Assembly (NCBI GenBank): GCA_036565605.1
Contig: DATCXV010000009.1
Location: 4,977 to 68,976, forward strand
DNA: 64,000 bases
Direction of reading: 5' to 3'
Source of the DNA: Minisyncoccota bacterium
GTDB taxonomy: Bacteria > Patescibacteriota > Minisyncoccia > Phycocordibacterales > UBA6065
The translations under genes were made by a program, and so were the position numbers. Numbering within the stretch: the stretch's first letter is position 1; each line of letters begins with the position of its first letter. This document shows positions 27,266 through 36,567 of the stretch, piece by piece. The notes under the pieces are model-generated. The model worked only from the letters and a program-made list of their open reading frames with translations, did no database searches and was not told the origin of the DNA.

Positions 27266-28660
27266 TTAAGCCTTCTTTTTGACAGTAATTCCCAACTCCA
27301 TGAGCTGACTGTTCGATACCTCCGATGGCGACTGCATCATAAGGTCCCTTCCCTCGCCCGTTTTGGCGAAGGCGATCACCTCGCGGATGTTTGGTTCGTT
27401 CTGGAGGATTGCCATTAAACGGTCCATGCCCCAGGCGATGCCGCCGTGCGGAGGCGCGCCATAGCTGAAAGCTTCCAACATGTGACCGAAACCGGACTGA
27501 ATTTTCGCTTCGTCATAATTCATGACTTCAAGCACTTTGCGCAAGGCTTCCGGCTTGTGATTGCGGATCGAGCCGCCGCCGATCTCGAAGCCGTTCAGCG
27601 CTACGTCGTATTGGGTGGTCAGGATCTGCTCGATATTTTCCTTCTTCATGAGCATGTCCATGTGCTCTGGCTTCGGGGCCGAGAACGGGTTGTGGGTGAA
27701 AGTCCAGCCGCCCTGGTCGTTTTTCTCGAAGAACGGAAAGTCCACGACCCAGCAGAATGCAAGCAGATCAGGGTCATTTTTATCCGTGCGCAAATCCGGC
27801 TTGTCGGAATTGTATTTTTCCATCGCTTCTTTATATGAAAGGCGCGGGAATGGAATTTCTTGGATCTTTTTATGTGGGGCGACGGTCTTTACCAGATCGA
27901 TGAGTAATCGTTCGTTCAATGCCATGACATCTTCGCGAGTGACGAAGCTCATCTCCATATCGAGCTGTGTGAATTCCGGCTGGCGGTCACCACGGGTGTC
28001 TTCATCACGCATGCAGCGCGCAATTTGAAAGTAGCGTTCAAAGCCGGACGTCATCAACAGCTGCTTATACTGCTGGGGCGACTGCGGCAGTGCATAGAAT
28101 TTGCCGTTTTCGAGGCGCGACGGTACCAGAAAGCCGCGGGCGCCATCATGAGTGAATTTGGTAAGCATCGGTGTTTCGATCTCGGCAAAGCCTTCTTTGG
28201 TAAGCCAGTTACGCACGAACATGTTGACCGAGTGGCGGGTACGGATATTCTTTTGAAGGCGCGGCCGGCGCAAGTCCAAATATCGGTATGTAAGGCGCGG
28301 CTCTTCACCGATCTCGCGGCCATCCGAACGAACGTCGATGGGCGTGGTCTGGGCTTCGTTCAGGACTTTGATGTCAAGAATTTCAAGCTCGATCGAGCCG
28401 TTCTGTTTATCTTTTTGAATGTTCTTTTCCGGGCGCGGGTTTACCTTGCCGGTGATTTCCACTACCCATTCCGTGCGCAGAGTCTGGGCGATCGCCATCG
28501 ACTCTGCCTTCGGCAAAACAACACCTTGGACGTAGCCCGTCATATCACGGAAGTCCAAAAAGATCAGTTTGCCTTGGTCGCGGCGGACGTCAACCCAACC
28601 TTTGATGATGACAGTCTCGCCTTTCTTTGATTCGAGGTCTTTGATGAGTGTTCGTTCCAT
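27266..28660 (-). CDS. aspS: aspartyl-tRNA synthetase, short form without the bacterial insertion domain
   Basis: OB-fold anticodon-binding N-terminus and class II motifs (FRDEDTRGDRQPEFTQLDMEMSF; GGGSIRNHKPE). The 464-aa length implies the GAD insertion domain is absent. Confidence 0.9.
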   Translation of the reverse strand: MERTLIKDLESKKGETVIIKGWVDVRRDQGKLIFLDFRDMTGYVQGVVLPKAESMAIAQTLRTEWVVEITGKVNPRPEKNIQKDKQNGSIELEILDIKVLNEAQTTPIDVRSDGREIGEEPRLTYRYLDLRRPRLQKNIRTRHSVNMFVRNWLTKEGFAEIETPMLTKFTHDGARGFLVPSRLENGKFYALPQSPQQYKQLLMTSGFERYFQIARCMRDEDTRGDRQPEFTQLDMEMSFVTREDVMALNERLLIDLVKTVAPHKKIQEIPFPRLSYKEAMEKYNSDKPDLRTDKNDPDLLAFCWVVDFPFFEKNDQGGWTFTHNPFSAPKPEHMDMLMKKENIEQILTTQYDVALNGFEIGGGSIRNHKPEALRKVLEVMNYDEAKIQSGFGHMLEAFSYGAPPHGGIAWGMDRLMAILQNEPNIREVIAFAKTGEGRDLMMQSPSEVSNSQLMELGITVKKKA

Positions 28661-28689
28661 TGTAATTCGTTAAGAGACGGGGTGTATAT

Positions 28690-28912
28690 AAAAAAGCGCC
28701 CCTCCGAAAACAAGCTTTCGCTTGCTCTCGCAGGGGCGCCCTCAAAATAAAGAGAGTCGCGGTGCCACCCTGTCTTGTAACTTGTTTATACCGCATCGGG
28801 CGGCATCCGGGGGATTCTACGGCCTTTGCAGGCTTTCCTTCCCCGTCCTCGCCGGTGTCTGCCGGGTCGTCAGATGAAAATACTGTAGCGCGATTGTCAG
28901 TCGTTGTAAATA
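28690..28912 (-). promoter_or_regulatory. T-box riboswitch leader upstream of aspS
   Basis: Minus-strand AGGGTGGCACCGCG (plus 28758-28771) matches the T-box consensus AGGGTGGNACCGCG. It is followed on the minus strand by a GC-rich hairpin (ggcgcccctgcgag...cggaggggcgc) plus a U6 run (plus 28691-28696), then about 30 nt to the aspS ATG. Confidence 0.6.
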
Positions 28913-28913
28913 T

Positions 28914-30677
28914 CTATTCGTTTAGTGTCTGCAAATCCCTCAACCTTTTGAACTCACCTCCCTTTTCCACCAGTTCTTGATAGGTGCCCTGTTCGACGAT
29001 CTTACCCTCTTTGAAGACCAGAATTTTGTCGGCTTTGCGGACGGTCGAAAGGCGGTGCGCAATGATCAATGTCGTACGGTCCTTCATGATCTCGTCCAAA
29101 GATTGCACGATGTGCGCTTCAGATGCCGCATCCAATGCCGATGTTGGCTCGTCGAGAACCAGAATTTTCGGATCACGCAGAAAAGCACGGGCGATAGCAA
29201 TCCTTTGCTTTTGGCCCACTGACAATTTCATGCCGCGCTCGCCCACCTGTTGGTCCCACTTATTGGGAAGGCGTTCGATAAAATCGCATTTGGCTTTTTC
29301 TGCGGCCCAGCGGACTTTTTCGTCCGAAACGTCAGGTATGCCGTATCGAATGTTCTCCTGAATAGACGAATTGAAGAGTGTAATTTCCTGCGATACCACC
29401 GCCACGGCCCGGCGCAGACTTCCCAAATCTATTTCGCGCGTGTCGATGCCGTCGATCGAAACTGACCCTGAATCAGGCAGATAATATGCCGAAACCAGGT
29501 CGATAAGGCTCGACTTGCCGACGCCGGATTCTCCAACGAAAGCAACGACTTCACCTGCCTTAGCCTCGAATGAAACATCTTTCAAAATCGGAGTCTGGCC
29601 GTCATAGCTGAACGAGGTACGGTCAAAAACAATCTGTCCCATGGTCTGAGGCAATTCTTTGCCTCGGTACGGCTCTTCTTGCTCATGAGCAAGTTTGTCT
29701 GCATCCTCCATCGAGATAAGGCTGTTCTGGATAAAGCGCCACTGGCGAAAAAGTTGGCGCAGTGGTTCGAAGAAGCTTGAAACGTATGTCGCAAGCGCTG
29801 CGAAGGCACCAATGGTCATGAGGCCGTTGCGAATAGCAAGATACGCCATCCATAACGCGGCTATGCGGGCGGAATTTTCGATGATGCCTTGAAAAAGTGC
29901 CAGGTTCCTTTGGGCTGAAAGCATCTTTAATCGCGGACCAAGAGAATCTTCGAACCACGCTTTATGCATTTTCGCCGACTCGTTTGATTCGGACGCTGCC
30001 TCTTTGACCATGCGGACATTGAACAGGGCGTCACCGGCTACTCCCCTGGCTTTGGTGTAAGCGTTTTGAACTTTACGCTGAAGTCTGGCAAAGGGCTGGA
30101 CGAATAAAATTGAAATGACTGAGTACAAAAGTGCCGCTCCGACCAAAATCCATCCGATTGTCTGTTCCTTTTGAAAGACGTATACCGAAGCGATGGCAAT
30201 GAAGACGAATTGCGGCAAAAGCGAGAAGACATATTCGGACCAGAACTGCGGGATTGCTTGGACGCCGCGGTTAATCTTTTCGGTCACTTCGCCGTGCCGA
30301 TGGGTCTTGTGGAACGAGACGGGCAGACGCAGCATTTTTGAAAACAGGCCGTGCATGTATGAAAGCCGCATCGATTCGTCGACAAAATTTTGGATGCGAC
30401 CTTGGACATTTGAAAGGAAACGCGTGCCGAACAGCACTGCGGCAAGCACGATCATTGCTTTAAGTGTCTCTTTCTGCCCTGCTTCTGATGCTACGGCGTC
30501 AACGACGTGGCCGAAGGCAATTGGGAAAAGACCGTTTGCGATACCCATACCGACGACGATCAAAAGTAGGACGGCCAGCCTGCTTCGATATCCTTCGGTA
30601 GTCCGATACATCATTCCCAGACCATTGCGGAAGTCTTTGAACGTATATGCTCGTTCTGTCGGGGTGTCGTGCTTCAT
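28914..30677 (-). CDS. ABC transporter, fused permease/ATPase (exporter type)
   Basis: Six N-terminal TM helices, Walker A GESGVGKSSL, signature LSVGQKQR, Walker B ILVLDEPTSALD. Confidence 0.85.
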   Translation of the reverse strand: MKHDTPTERAYTFKDFRNGLGMMYRTTEGYRSRLAVLLLIVVGMGIANGLFPIAFGHVVDAVASEAGQKETLKAMIVLAAVLFGTRFLSNVQGRIQNFVDESMRLSYMHGLFSKMLRLPVSFHKTHRHGEVTEKINRGVQAIPQFWSEYVFSLLPQFVFIAIASVYVFQKEQTIGWILVGAALLYSVISILFVQPFARLQRKVQNAYTKARGVAGDALFNVRMVKEAASESNESAKMHKAWFEDSLGPRLKMLSAQRNLALFQGIIENSARIAALWMAYLAIRNGLMTIGAFAALATYVSSFFEPLRQLFRQWRFIQNSLISMEDADKLAHEQEEPYRGKELPQTMGQIVFDRTSFSYDGQTPILKDVSFEAKAGEVVAFVGESGVGKSSLIDLVSAYYLPDSGSVSIDGIDTREIDLGSLRRAVAVVSQEITLFNSSIQENIRYGIPDVSDEKVRWAAEKAKCDFIERLPNKWDQQVGERGMKLSVGQKQRIAIARAFLRDPKILVLDEPTSALDAASEAHIVQSLDEIMKDRTTLIIAHRLSTVRKADKILVFKEGKIVEQGTYQELVEKGGEFKRLRDLQTLNE

Positions 30678-31456
30678 GATAGTTTGCTTCTTAAAGATGA
30701 TTCCTGCACGATAACGTGACTTAATCCAAATTGGGCAAAGACACAGTATCCCTTTTTGATGTATTCAACGATAGTGTTAACGATGCATTCATCACGTACT
30801 TCTCCAGACATAAGAGAAACATCATTTACGGCAATACGATGCTCGCTCATCGGATCAATTGCGTCATAGAAGATTTTGTCATTGTTTAGTGAGAATGGAA
30901 CACCCAGAATCTTTTCGTGGATCTTTTTCATGTGATCAAGAGAGAAATCATAGTCGTTCCAACCACTTTCCATGCGGTCATAAGCGAGCGAGTCTTTGAT
31001 GTAAGGCTCGAAATCGGACTTTGGATCAATTTTGTTCATCCATTGATACACCATACGCGCGAAATAATAGTATTGGATCTCGTCGCGGCTGAATTCCTTT
31101 TCCAGAGCCCTTCTCTCCTCCCCTCTTTCTGGTTCTGGAGAACGTATTTCGATCTTTGCTTGATGTGCGAGGTGTGAGATAAGACCCATGCCGCCTTCAT
31201 CCAGAATCGATTCCCCTTCTGTTTTTCGAGGTTTTCTGATTCCACCTTCTACAAAAACAATCTTCTTTTGTGATGGATCGTTCAAGAATTCTTGCCAGAC
31301 AGATTTAACTTTCTCCCACTGTGGATTTTTCGGGTCGAATGAATGCTCTTCGCCAAAGTAATAAAGATTGCCCGTCGGCGTCTTCAGTTTCAAGATATAT
31401 GGCGCTGGCCATTCAGTCTTCCGATATTCTTCAGGGGTCATTAATCGCATGATCAT
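30674..31456 (-). CDS. hypothetical protein (260 aa)
   Basis: ATG start; its stop overlaps the ABC transporter start (ATGA); no recognisable domain. Confidence 0.5.
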   Translation of the reverse strand: MIMRLMTPEEYRKTEWPAPYILKLKTPTGNLYYFGEEHSFDPKNPQWEKVKSVWQEFLNDPSQKKIVFVEGGIRKPRKTEGESILDEGGMGLISHLAHQAKIEIRSPEPERGEERRALEKEFSRDEIQYYYFARMVYQWMNKIDPKSDFEPYIKDSLAYDRMESGWNDYDFSLDHMKKIHEKILGVPFSLNNDKIFYDAIDPMSEHRIAVNDVSLMSGEVRDECIVNTIVEYIKKGYCVFAQFGLSHVIVQESSLRSKLS

Positions 31457-31458
31457 AC

Positions 31459-32046
31459 TTATAGCAAACCTCTCACAATCCTTTCTAAGTCTTTTTCGTC
31501 CGTAAACATATATGATTTGATTCCAACGCTTTCGGCTGCTTTCAGATTCTTTTCCTGGTCATCGAAATAAACGCACTGATCCGCTTTCAAGCCGTGTTCT
31601 TCAAGAATCGATGTCCATGCTCGTGTATCTGGTTTTACAAAGCCTGTTTGCCAGGAGAAAAAGATCTTATCGACCGCATCGTGCACCCACGGGTAGTGAT
31701 CATAATATTCAGCCCGCTCTTTGAAATTGTTCGAAAGGATAAATACCTTTATCCCTTTGGTCCGAAGTTCTTTTGCAAATGAAACCATGCTCTCAGAGAC
31801 TTTTTCTGCCTTGAACCAGTAATCCCAGAACTCTGATTCTGAAATTGATACTCTCCATTCCTTGAGTGCAGGTTCCCACAATTTGAACGAATTACCCGCG
31901 TTCGGTTTGCGTGCTGCATCCATAATTGAGGAAAGTTTCGGTAAAAAAGTTGCAACCGGAATACCAAAATCACTCTGAAAACGGTCGCTCAGCTTAGGAG
32001 ACTGAAGAAAGATGCCGTTGAGATCGAATATTGCTGCTTTAAGCAT
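31459..32046 (-). CDS. HAD-superfamily hydrolase-like protein
   Basis: N-terminal AAIFDLNGIF (HAD motif I-like, but DxN instead of DxD), VFILSNN (motif II-like), and a C-terminal YFDD region. Confidence 0.6.
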   Translation of the reverse strand: MLKAAIFDLNGIFLQSPKLSDRFQSDFGIPVATFLPKLSSIMDAARKPNAGNSFKLWEPALKEWRVSISESEFWDYWFKAEKVSESMVSFAKELRTKGIKVFILSNNFKERAEYYDHYPWVHDAVDKIFFSWQTGFVKPDTRAWTSILEEHGLKADQCVYFDDQEKNLKAAESVGIKSYMFTDEKDLERIVRGLL

Positions 32047-32051
32047 GCTGT

Positions 32052-32399
32052 TTACTTTCCTATGATTAAATGAAGGTGAAAATGTGTCGGAATCGATTTG
32101 TTTTTTGGGGTGGCCTCGATAATGTAATCGTACTTTGAAGCTATGTATGCAGATTTGATCTCGGAGAATTCATGAAGTTCGTCTGCGGTAAGTTCTTTTT
32201 CTGTTACATGCCGCATCGGCACAAGCATGTGATGTTCGCTTGCAATAAGATCATAGGGAAATTCATTACTCGTCACTTTCCAATATTTGAAAGCCTGAAT
32301 CGGTTTCTTATCACAAAGCGCGCAGGTGCCATTATCCGGATGCGAAGCCTGATATTCCTTATATCGCTGCTTCATTTCTGGCGTCCTAAGGCTTGCCAT
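32052..32399 (-). CDS. HIT (histidine triad) family protein
   Basis: C-terminal PTHFHLHLI matches the HxHxHxx triad; N-terminal CALC pair. Confidence 0.6.
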   Translation of the reverse strand: MASLRTPEMKQRYKEYQASHPDNGTCALCDKKPIQAFKYWKVTSNEFPYDLIASEHHMLVPMRHVTEKELTADELHEFSEIKSAYIASKYDYIIEATPKNKSIPTHFHLHLIIGK

Positions 32400-32403
32400 T
32401 TGC

Positions 32404-33375
32404 TTAGAATTTCACTCCAACTGCGGTTTTTATCTTCTCCATCGTCTCCCCTGCTTTCTTTGCAGCCCTCTTGCCGCCCTTCTCGAGGATCTTGATCACC
32501 TTCCTTTTATTCTTCGCCAGCTTCTCGCGGCGTTCGCGCATCGGGCGGATGAATGCCTGAATGTCAGCAGCCAAAGCTTCCTTTAAATCCTTATATTTAC
32601 CTGCTTTTTCGGCATAAAGCCTGTCCAAATATTCTTTATCGCGGAACAATTCGTGGATAGCGCGGACGTTCGTGGGAACGCCAGAGCCAGAATCTGTGAC
32701 GATCGACATAACCGTTTTTTTGATCTCGTCGTCGGTGGAGAAAAGAGGAATGGTATTTCCGTACGATTTGGACATTTTGCGGCCATCAGTGCCAGGTACG
32801 GTGCCAACGCCTTCCATGATGAAATCCGCTGGAAGTTTAAACGTCTCTCCGAACGTGTTATTAAACTTTTGTGCAATGTCGCGAGTGTATTCGATGTGCT
32901 GCTTCTGATCCGCTCCAACCGGCACAATATCTGTTCCGTATAACAGAATGTCTGCGGCCATAAGGACCGGATAATTGAACTTGCCGACAGAAATTTCCTG
33001 ATTCTTTGCTTCAGCGTCTTTGAAGGCGTGTGCGCGCATAAGGTATGGCATCGACGTGATTGTGTCGAATATCCACGCGAGCTCAGTGTGAGCAGGGACA
33101 TCGGATTGCTTGAAGAGCGTGCATTTTTTCGGATCAAGGCCGATGGCAAGATAGTCCAAGGCCAGGTCAAGAATATTTTGACGCATCTGCTCTGCGTTCT
33201 GGACCGAGTTCAAAGCATGGTAATCCGCAAGCATGATGAAGCATTCGTATGTTCCGGTGTTCAAAAGATCCACAAATTGCTTCATGGCGCCGAAATAATT
33301 GCCGATATGCGGTCTGCCGGAAGGCTGGACGCCCGAAAGGAGTACTTTCTTTTCCATGGCTCTAGAGTACAACAA
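32404..33375 (-). CDS. trpS: tryptophanyl-tRNA synthetase
   Basis: LSGVQPSGRPHIGNYFGA (HIGH) and KMSKSYGN (KMSKS); 323 aa. Confidence 0.9.
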   Translation of the reverse strand: MLYSRAMEKKVLLSGVQPSGRPHIGNYFGAMKQFVDLLNTGTYECFIMLADYHALNSVQNAEQMRQNILDLALDYLAIGLDPKKCTLFKQSDVPAHTELAWIFDTITSMPYLMRAHAFKDAEAKNQEISVGKFNYPVLMAADILLYGTDIVPVGADQKQHIEYTRDIAQKFNNTFGETFKLPADFIMEGVGTVPGTDGRKMSKSYGNTIPLFSTDDEIKKTVMSIVTDSGSGVPTNVRAIHELFRDKEYLDRLYAEKAGKYKDLKEALAADIQAFIRPMRERREKLAKNKRKVIKILEKGGKRAAKKAGETMEKIKTAVGVKF

Positions 33376-33389
33376 AAGCAGGTTGTGTG

Positions 33390-33860
33390 CTATTTCTCTG
33401 CAGCAACGAGCTTTCCATCCCGTACTTCGAAATTCGCTGTCACTCCCACTGAAACAGGTGCGGACATTGGTTCGGTTGGTTTGCGGTCCATGTAATTGAC
33501 GATAATCTTCCCGTCTTTGAATTCGGTCGTTTGCGGAGCGATGCGGTCTCCCAGAAGTAATGCGTTTGCCGGAACAAGACCTGAATCGGTACCCAAAGCA
33601 AGTGCGATGTAATAGAACGTGCCCGAACCTCCTGGTTGATCCTGGATCACGAATGCAGCGTCTTCCCTGCCATCTTTGTCGAAATCACCACGGACTTCAT
33701 TACCGAAATATGTTGCTTCACCTGCACCCAATGTTACCTGACGCTCTACCAAAAGATATGTACCGGTTTTGTAGTCTGCTTGGGTTGGAATGTGGTGTAT
33801 GAATACGTACAAAACGACAAGAACGATAATGAAAACAAGAATGTAGAGAGGTTTTTTCAT
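33390..33860 (-). CDS. hypothetical secreted protein
   Basis: 156 aa with N-terminal signal/TM (LYILVFIIVLVVLYVF). Confidence 0.45.
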   Translation of the reverse strand: MKKPLYILVFIIVLVVLYVFIHHIPTQADYKTGTYLLVERQVTLGAGEATYFGNEVRGDFDKDGREDAAFVIQDQPGGSGTFYYIALALGTDSGLVPANALLLGDRIAPQTTEFKDGKIIVNYMDRKPTEPMSAPVSVGVTANFEVRDGKLVAAEK

Positions 33861-34441
33861 ACAAGATATAATATCGCCTTTTTCACAGCATTCAAATAGT
33901 CCTTGTGAAGAATTTTGTGTCCGACACCTTTGACCGTGATCAACTTGGTATGAGGAATTCTCTTCGCAGTCTCGCGTGCTCGGTTTATCATATCTTTATC
34001 TTCGGTGCTTCCTACAAGTACAACAGTTTTAGATTTGATTCGCGGCACAAGCTTTTGGAAAGAGAAAGGCTTGTCAGAAAAATTCTTCTGCCACCATTCT
34101 GACCAGGATTGATCTAGAGTTTCTAAATCTTCAGCAAACCACGAAGACAAAGAAGCCAGGATCAGCCCATCAGGTCTGATTTTTCCTGCTGCTAAAAATG
34201 CGACAAGTGCCCCAAGCGAGAATCCAAAGACGTATATACATACTCCCTTTGGCTTGGTCCTGTATACCTTCAAAAAATCCTGCACAAATTCTTTAAACTG
34301 CGCGGGTCTTTTCCGATCCCAGCGTATTGGCACGAAAATAGGCTCGAATCCCTCTTTTTTGAATATGTTTTCGAGTTCAGACGCGGGCTTATATACTTCA
34401 TATCCTGGAATGATGTAGACGATTTTTCTCATGTGCATCAA
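33857..34441 (-). CDS. alpha/beta-hydrolase fold protein
   Basis: GFSLGA nucleophile elbow (GxSxG) and a C-terminal GVGHK His; 194 aa. Confidence 0.6.
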   Translation of the reverse strand: MMHMRKIVYIIPGYEVYKPASELENIFKKEGFEPIFVPIRWDRKRPAQFKEFVQDFLKVYRTKPKGVCIYVFGFSLGALVAFLAAGKIRPDGLILASLSSWFAEDLETLDQSWSEWWQKNFSDKPFSFQKLVPRIKSKTVVLVGSTEDKDMINRARETAKRIPHTKLITVKGVGHKILHKDYLNAVKKAILYLV

Positions 34442-34959
34442 GTTAACCTTTTGAGAGTTTCTTCTAAGGCTACGAGACCCTCATTTTCGTTGAGTTTAGT
34501 ATTATCGACTATCTCCCAGCCTCTTTTTTCCGTTTCACTCCTCAAAAAACGTGCCCAATTCATCATGTGCTTGTTTGCAAGCCCAGGCTGTTTTCGTTGG
34601 ATAAGACGATATCTACGCTCATCTTCAGAACAATCGATGAGAATGACGGAATAATTGTTGATTTCTCGTTCCCTGCAAAGTTGCTCGATATAAGCTGGAG
34701 GTAATTGTCCTTCAAATAGAGTTGGTAGTTCATCGGATTGCTTTTCGATGATATCCAACCATTTATGGGCGATAGTCTTCTGCCAATTTTCCCAACCGCC
34801 AAACTCCTTCAGTACCTCTGACTCGGATGGTACGCCAAAATGATCGAAGTAGCAGAAGTGATAAAGATTTTTACCATTTATTTCGATCTTTTTTAGTGTA
34901 CTGGTTTTTCCTGATCCTGATGCTCCAGTGATGAAAATTATTCTACGTTGATAGGCCAT
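34438..34959 (-). CDS. P-loop NTPase/kinase-like protein
   Basis: Walker A ITGASGSGKTS near the N-terminus, and ILIDCSEDER (Walker B-like). Confidence 0.6.
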   Translation of the reverse strand: MAYQRRIIFITGASGSGKTSTLKKIEINGKNLYHFCYFDHFGVPSESEVLKEFGGWENWQKTIAHKWLDIIEKQSDELPTLFEGQLPPAYIEQLCREREINNYSVILIDCSEDERRYRLIQRKQPGLANKHMMNWARFLRSETEKRGWEIVDNTKLNENEGLVALEETLKRLT

Positions 34960-35234
34960 TAATCTTTAAGCGAAATAAGCTGAAGGCCGTGTTTGTCTAT
35001 CTCTTCTTGCGGCCAAAATCGAGTAAGATCGTTCAATTTCCATTTGCCAACGTATCCGACTCTTTTTTTGATTTCGCGACCTGCATACGACTTTGTGTTC
35101 GGATCCCATTCTTTCAATAACAAGTTGTCGCCTTCGGCAATATCAAAATCGTTCAACCTTAATTCAAATGTTTTCTTATTATCGAGTATTTGCTGAAAGT
35201 ATTCAGGAAAAACTTTTTTCTCGATTGTTTTCAT
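34959..35234 (-). CDS. DUF3850 (ASCH-like) domain protein
   Basis: MKTIEKKVFPEYFQQILDNKKTFELRLNDFDIAEGDNLLLKEW matches the DUF3850/ASCH-like start pattern (family name from memory). Confidence 0.5.
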   Translation of the reverse strand: MKTIEKKVFPEYFQQILDNKKTFELRLNDFDIAEGDNLLLKEWDPNTKSYAGREIKKRVGYVGKWKLNDLTRFWPQEEIDKHGLQLISLKD

Positions 35235-35236
35235 AA

Positions 35237-36553
35237 CTATTTCAGCACAGCTGCAACGTCAGCAGGGGAAACTTTCTCTTGTGTTCCCTTCTCTAAATCT
35301 TTCACTATAACTTTTCCTTCCTTTGCTTCGTTGGTGCCGTACATGATTGCATAACGGATGCCTTTATCAGAAGCATAAGAGAGCTGTTTTTTGAGATCCG
35401 CTGTTTCGAAATACAGAACGGTGTTTATGTCCGCAGTGCGCAGATCCGATGCCATTTTCAGGTATTCGTTTTGCAGGGCTTCGTCAAAATTGACGATCAG
35501 AGCCTTGGAAACCGTAGTCTCGGTCTTTATCAGTTTCAGTTCTTCAAGGGCTGCCAAGAGCCGATCCAGGCCAATAGAGGCCCCTACAGCCGGCATCGGT
35601 TTGTTTGCGAACATGCCAACAAGTCCATCATAGCGACCGCCGGAAAGAACGGATCCGATGGACGGCAAAGCGGTAAGATTTGTCTCGAAAATCATGCCGG
35701 TGTAATAGTCGAGTCCACGCGCGATTGAAAAATCAATCACGAAGCGCGGCTTGAATGTAGCTTGAGACGCAAGCTGGTACGCTGACTCGATGATACCTAA
35801 AAGTTTTTCCAAAGGCGCCTTGGTACCTGGAAAGCTTTCTGCGGCGTTCATAAGATCCGTGCGTTGTTCGATGGGATCAAGTGCTACAGACGCGAAAGCG
35901 ATAATGGCCTGGGCTTTGTCGGCCACAATCCCTTTTTCTGAAAGCTCCTGCATGACGCCGTCCTTCCCTATCTTGTCGATCTTATCCACCGCGCGGATGG
36001 CAGAAAGCTGTTCGCTTTCCGAAAGACCCAGAGATCCATAGAACGCGGAAATGATCTCTCGCGAATTTACGCGCATGATGAAGTCGCTTACGCCAAGAGT
36101 GCACAGTGTGGATGCAGCTAATGCCAGTATTTCGGCGTCTGCAAGTGGATTTTCCGTACCGACAATATCAGCATCGCACTGATAGAATTCGCGAAAGCGA
36201 CCTTTCTGGGTATTTTCTGCGCGCCAGACTGGCGAGACCTGATAGCGCTTCCACGGCTTCTTGATATCGTTTTGATACTGTGCAACGACACGTGCCAAAG
36301 GAATGGTGAGATCATAGCGAAGAGCAACGTCACGGTCACCGTTATCACGGAAACGGTACATGAGCTTGTCCCCTTCGTCGCCGTATTTACCGACAAGTGT
36401 TTCTGCGTATTCCAAAGCTGGCGTTTCCAAGGGCTCGAATCCGAAGCGCTCGTACGACGCTTTAATGGCCGAAATCATCTTCTGTCGAACGATCTGTTCG
36501 GCAGGAAGAAAGTCGCGGAAACCTTTCAGAGTCTTTGGTTCGATCTGTGACAT
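35237..36553 (-). CDS. hisS: histidyl-tRNA synthetase
   Basis: Class II motifs (FRDNGDRDVALRYDLTIPLAR; GGRYDGL; GLDYYTG). Confidence 0.9.
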   Translation of the reverse strand: MSQIEPKTLKGFRDFLPAEQIVRQKMISAIKASYERFGFEPLETPALEYAETLVGKYGDEGDKLMYRFRDNGDRDVALRYDLTIPLARVVAQYQNDIKKPWKRYQVSPVWRAENTQKGRFREFYQCDADIVGTENPLADAEILALAASTLCTLGVSDFIMRVNSREIISAFYGSLGLSESEQLSAIRAVDKIDKIGKDGVMQELSEKGIVADKAQAIIAFASVALDPIEQRTDLMNAAESFPGTKAPLEKLLGIIESAYQLASQATFKPRFVIDFSIARGLDYYTGMIFETNLTALPSIGSVLSGGRYDGLVGMFANKPMPAVGASIGLDRLLAALEELKLIKTETTVSKALIVNFDEALQNEYLKMASDLRTADINTVLYFETADLKKQLSYASDKGIRYAIMYGTNEAKEGKVIVKDLEKGTQEKVSPADVAAVLK

Positions 36554-36567
36554 GGGTTCAGTCTAGT

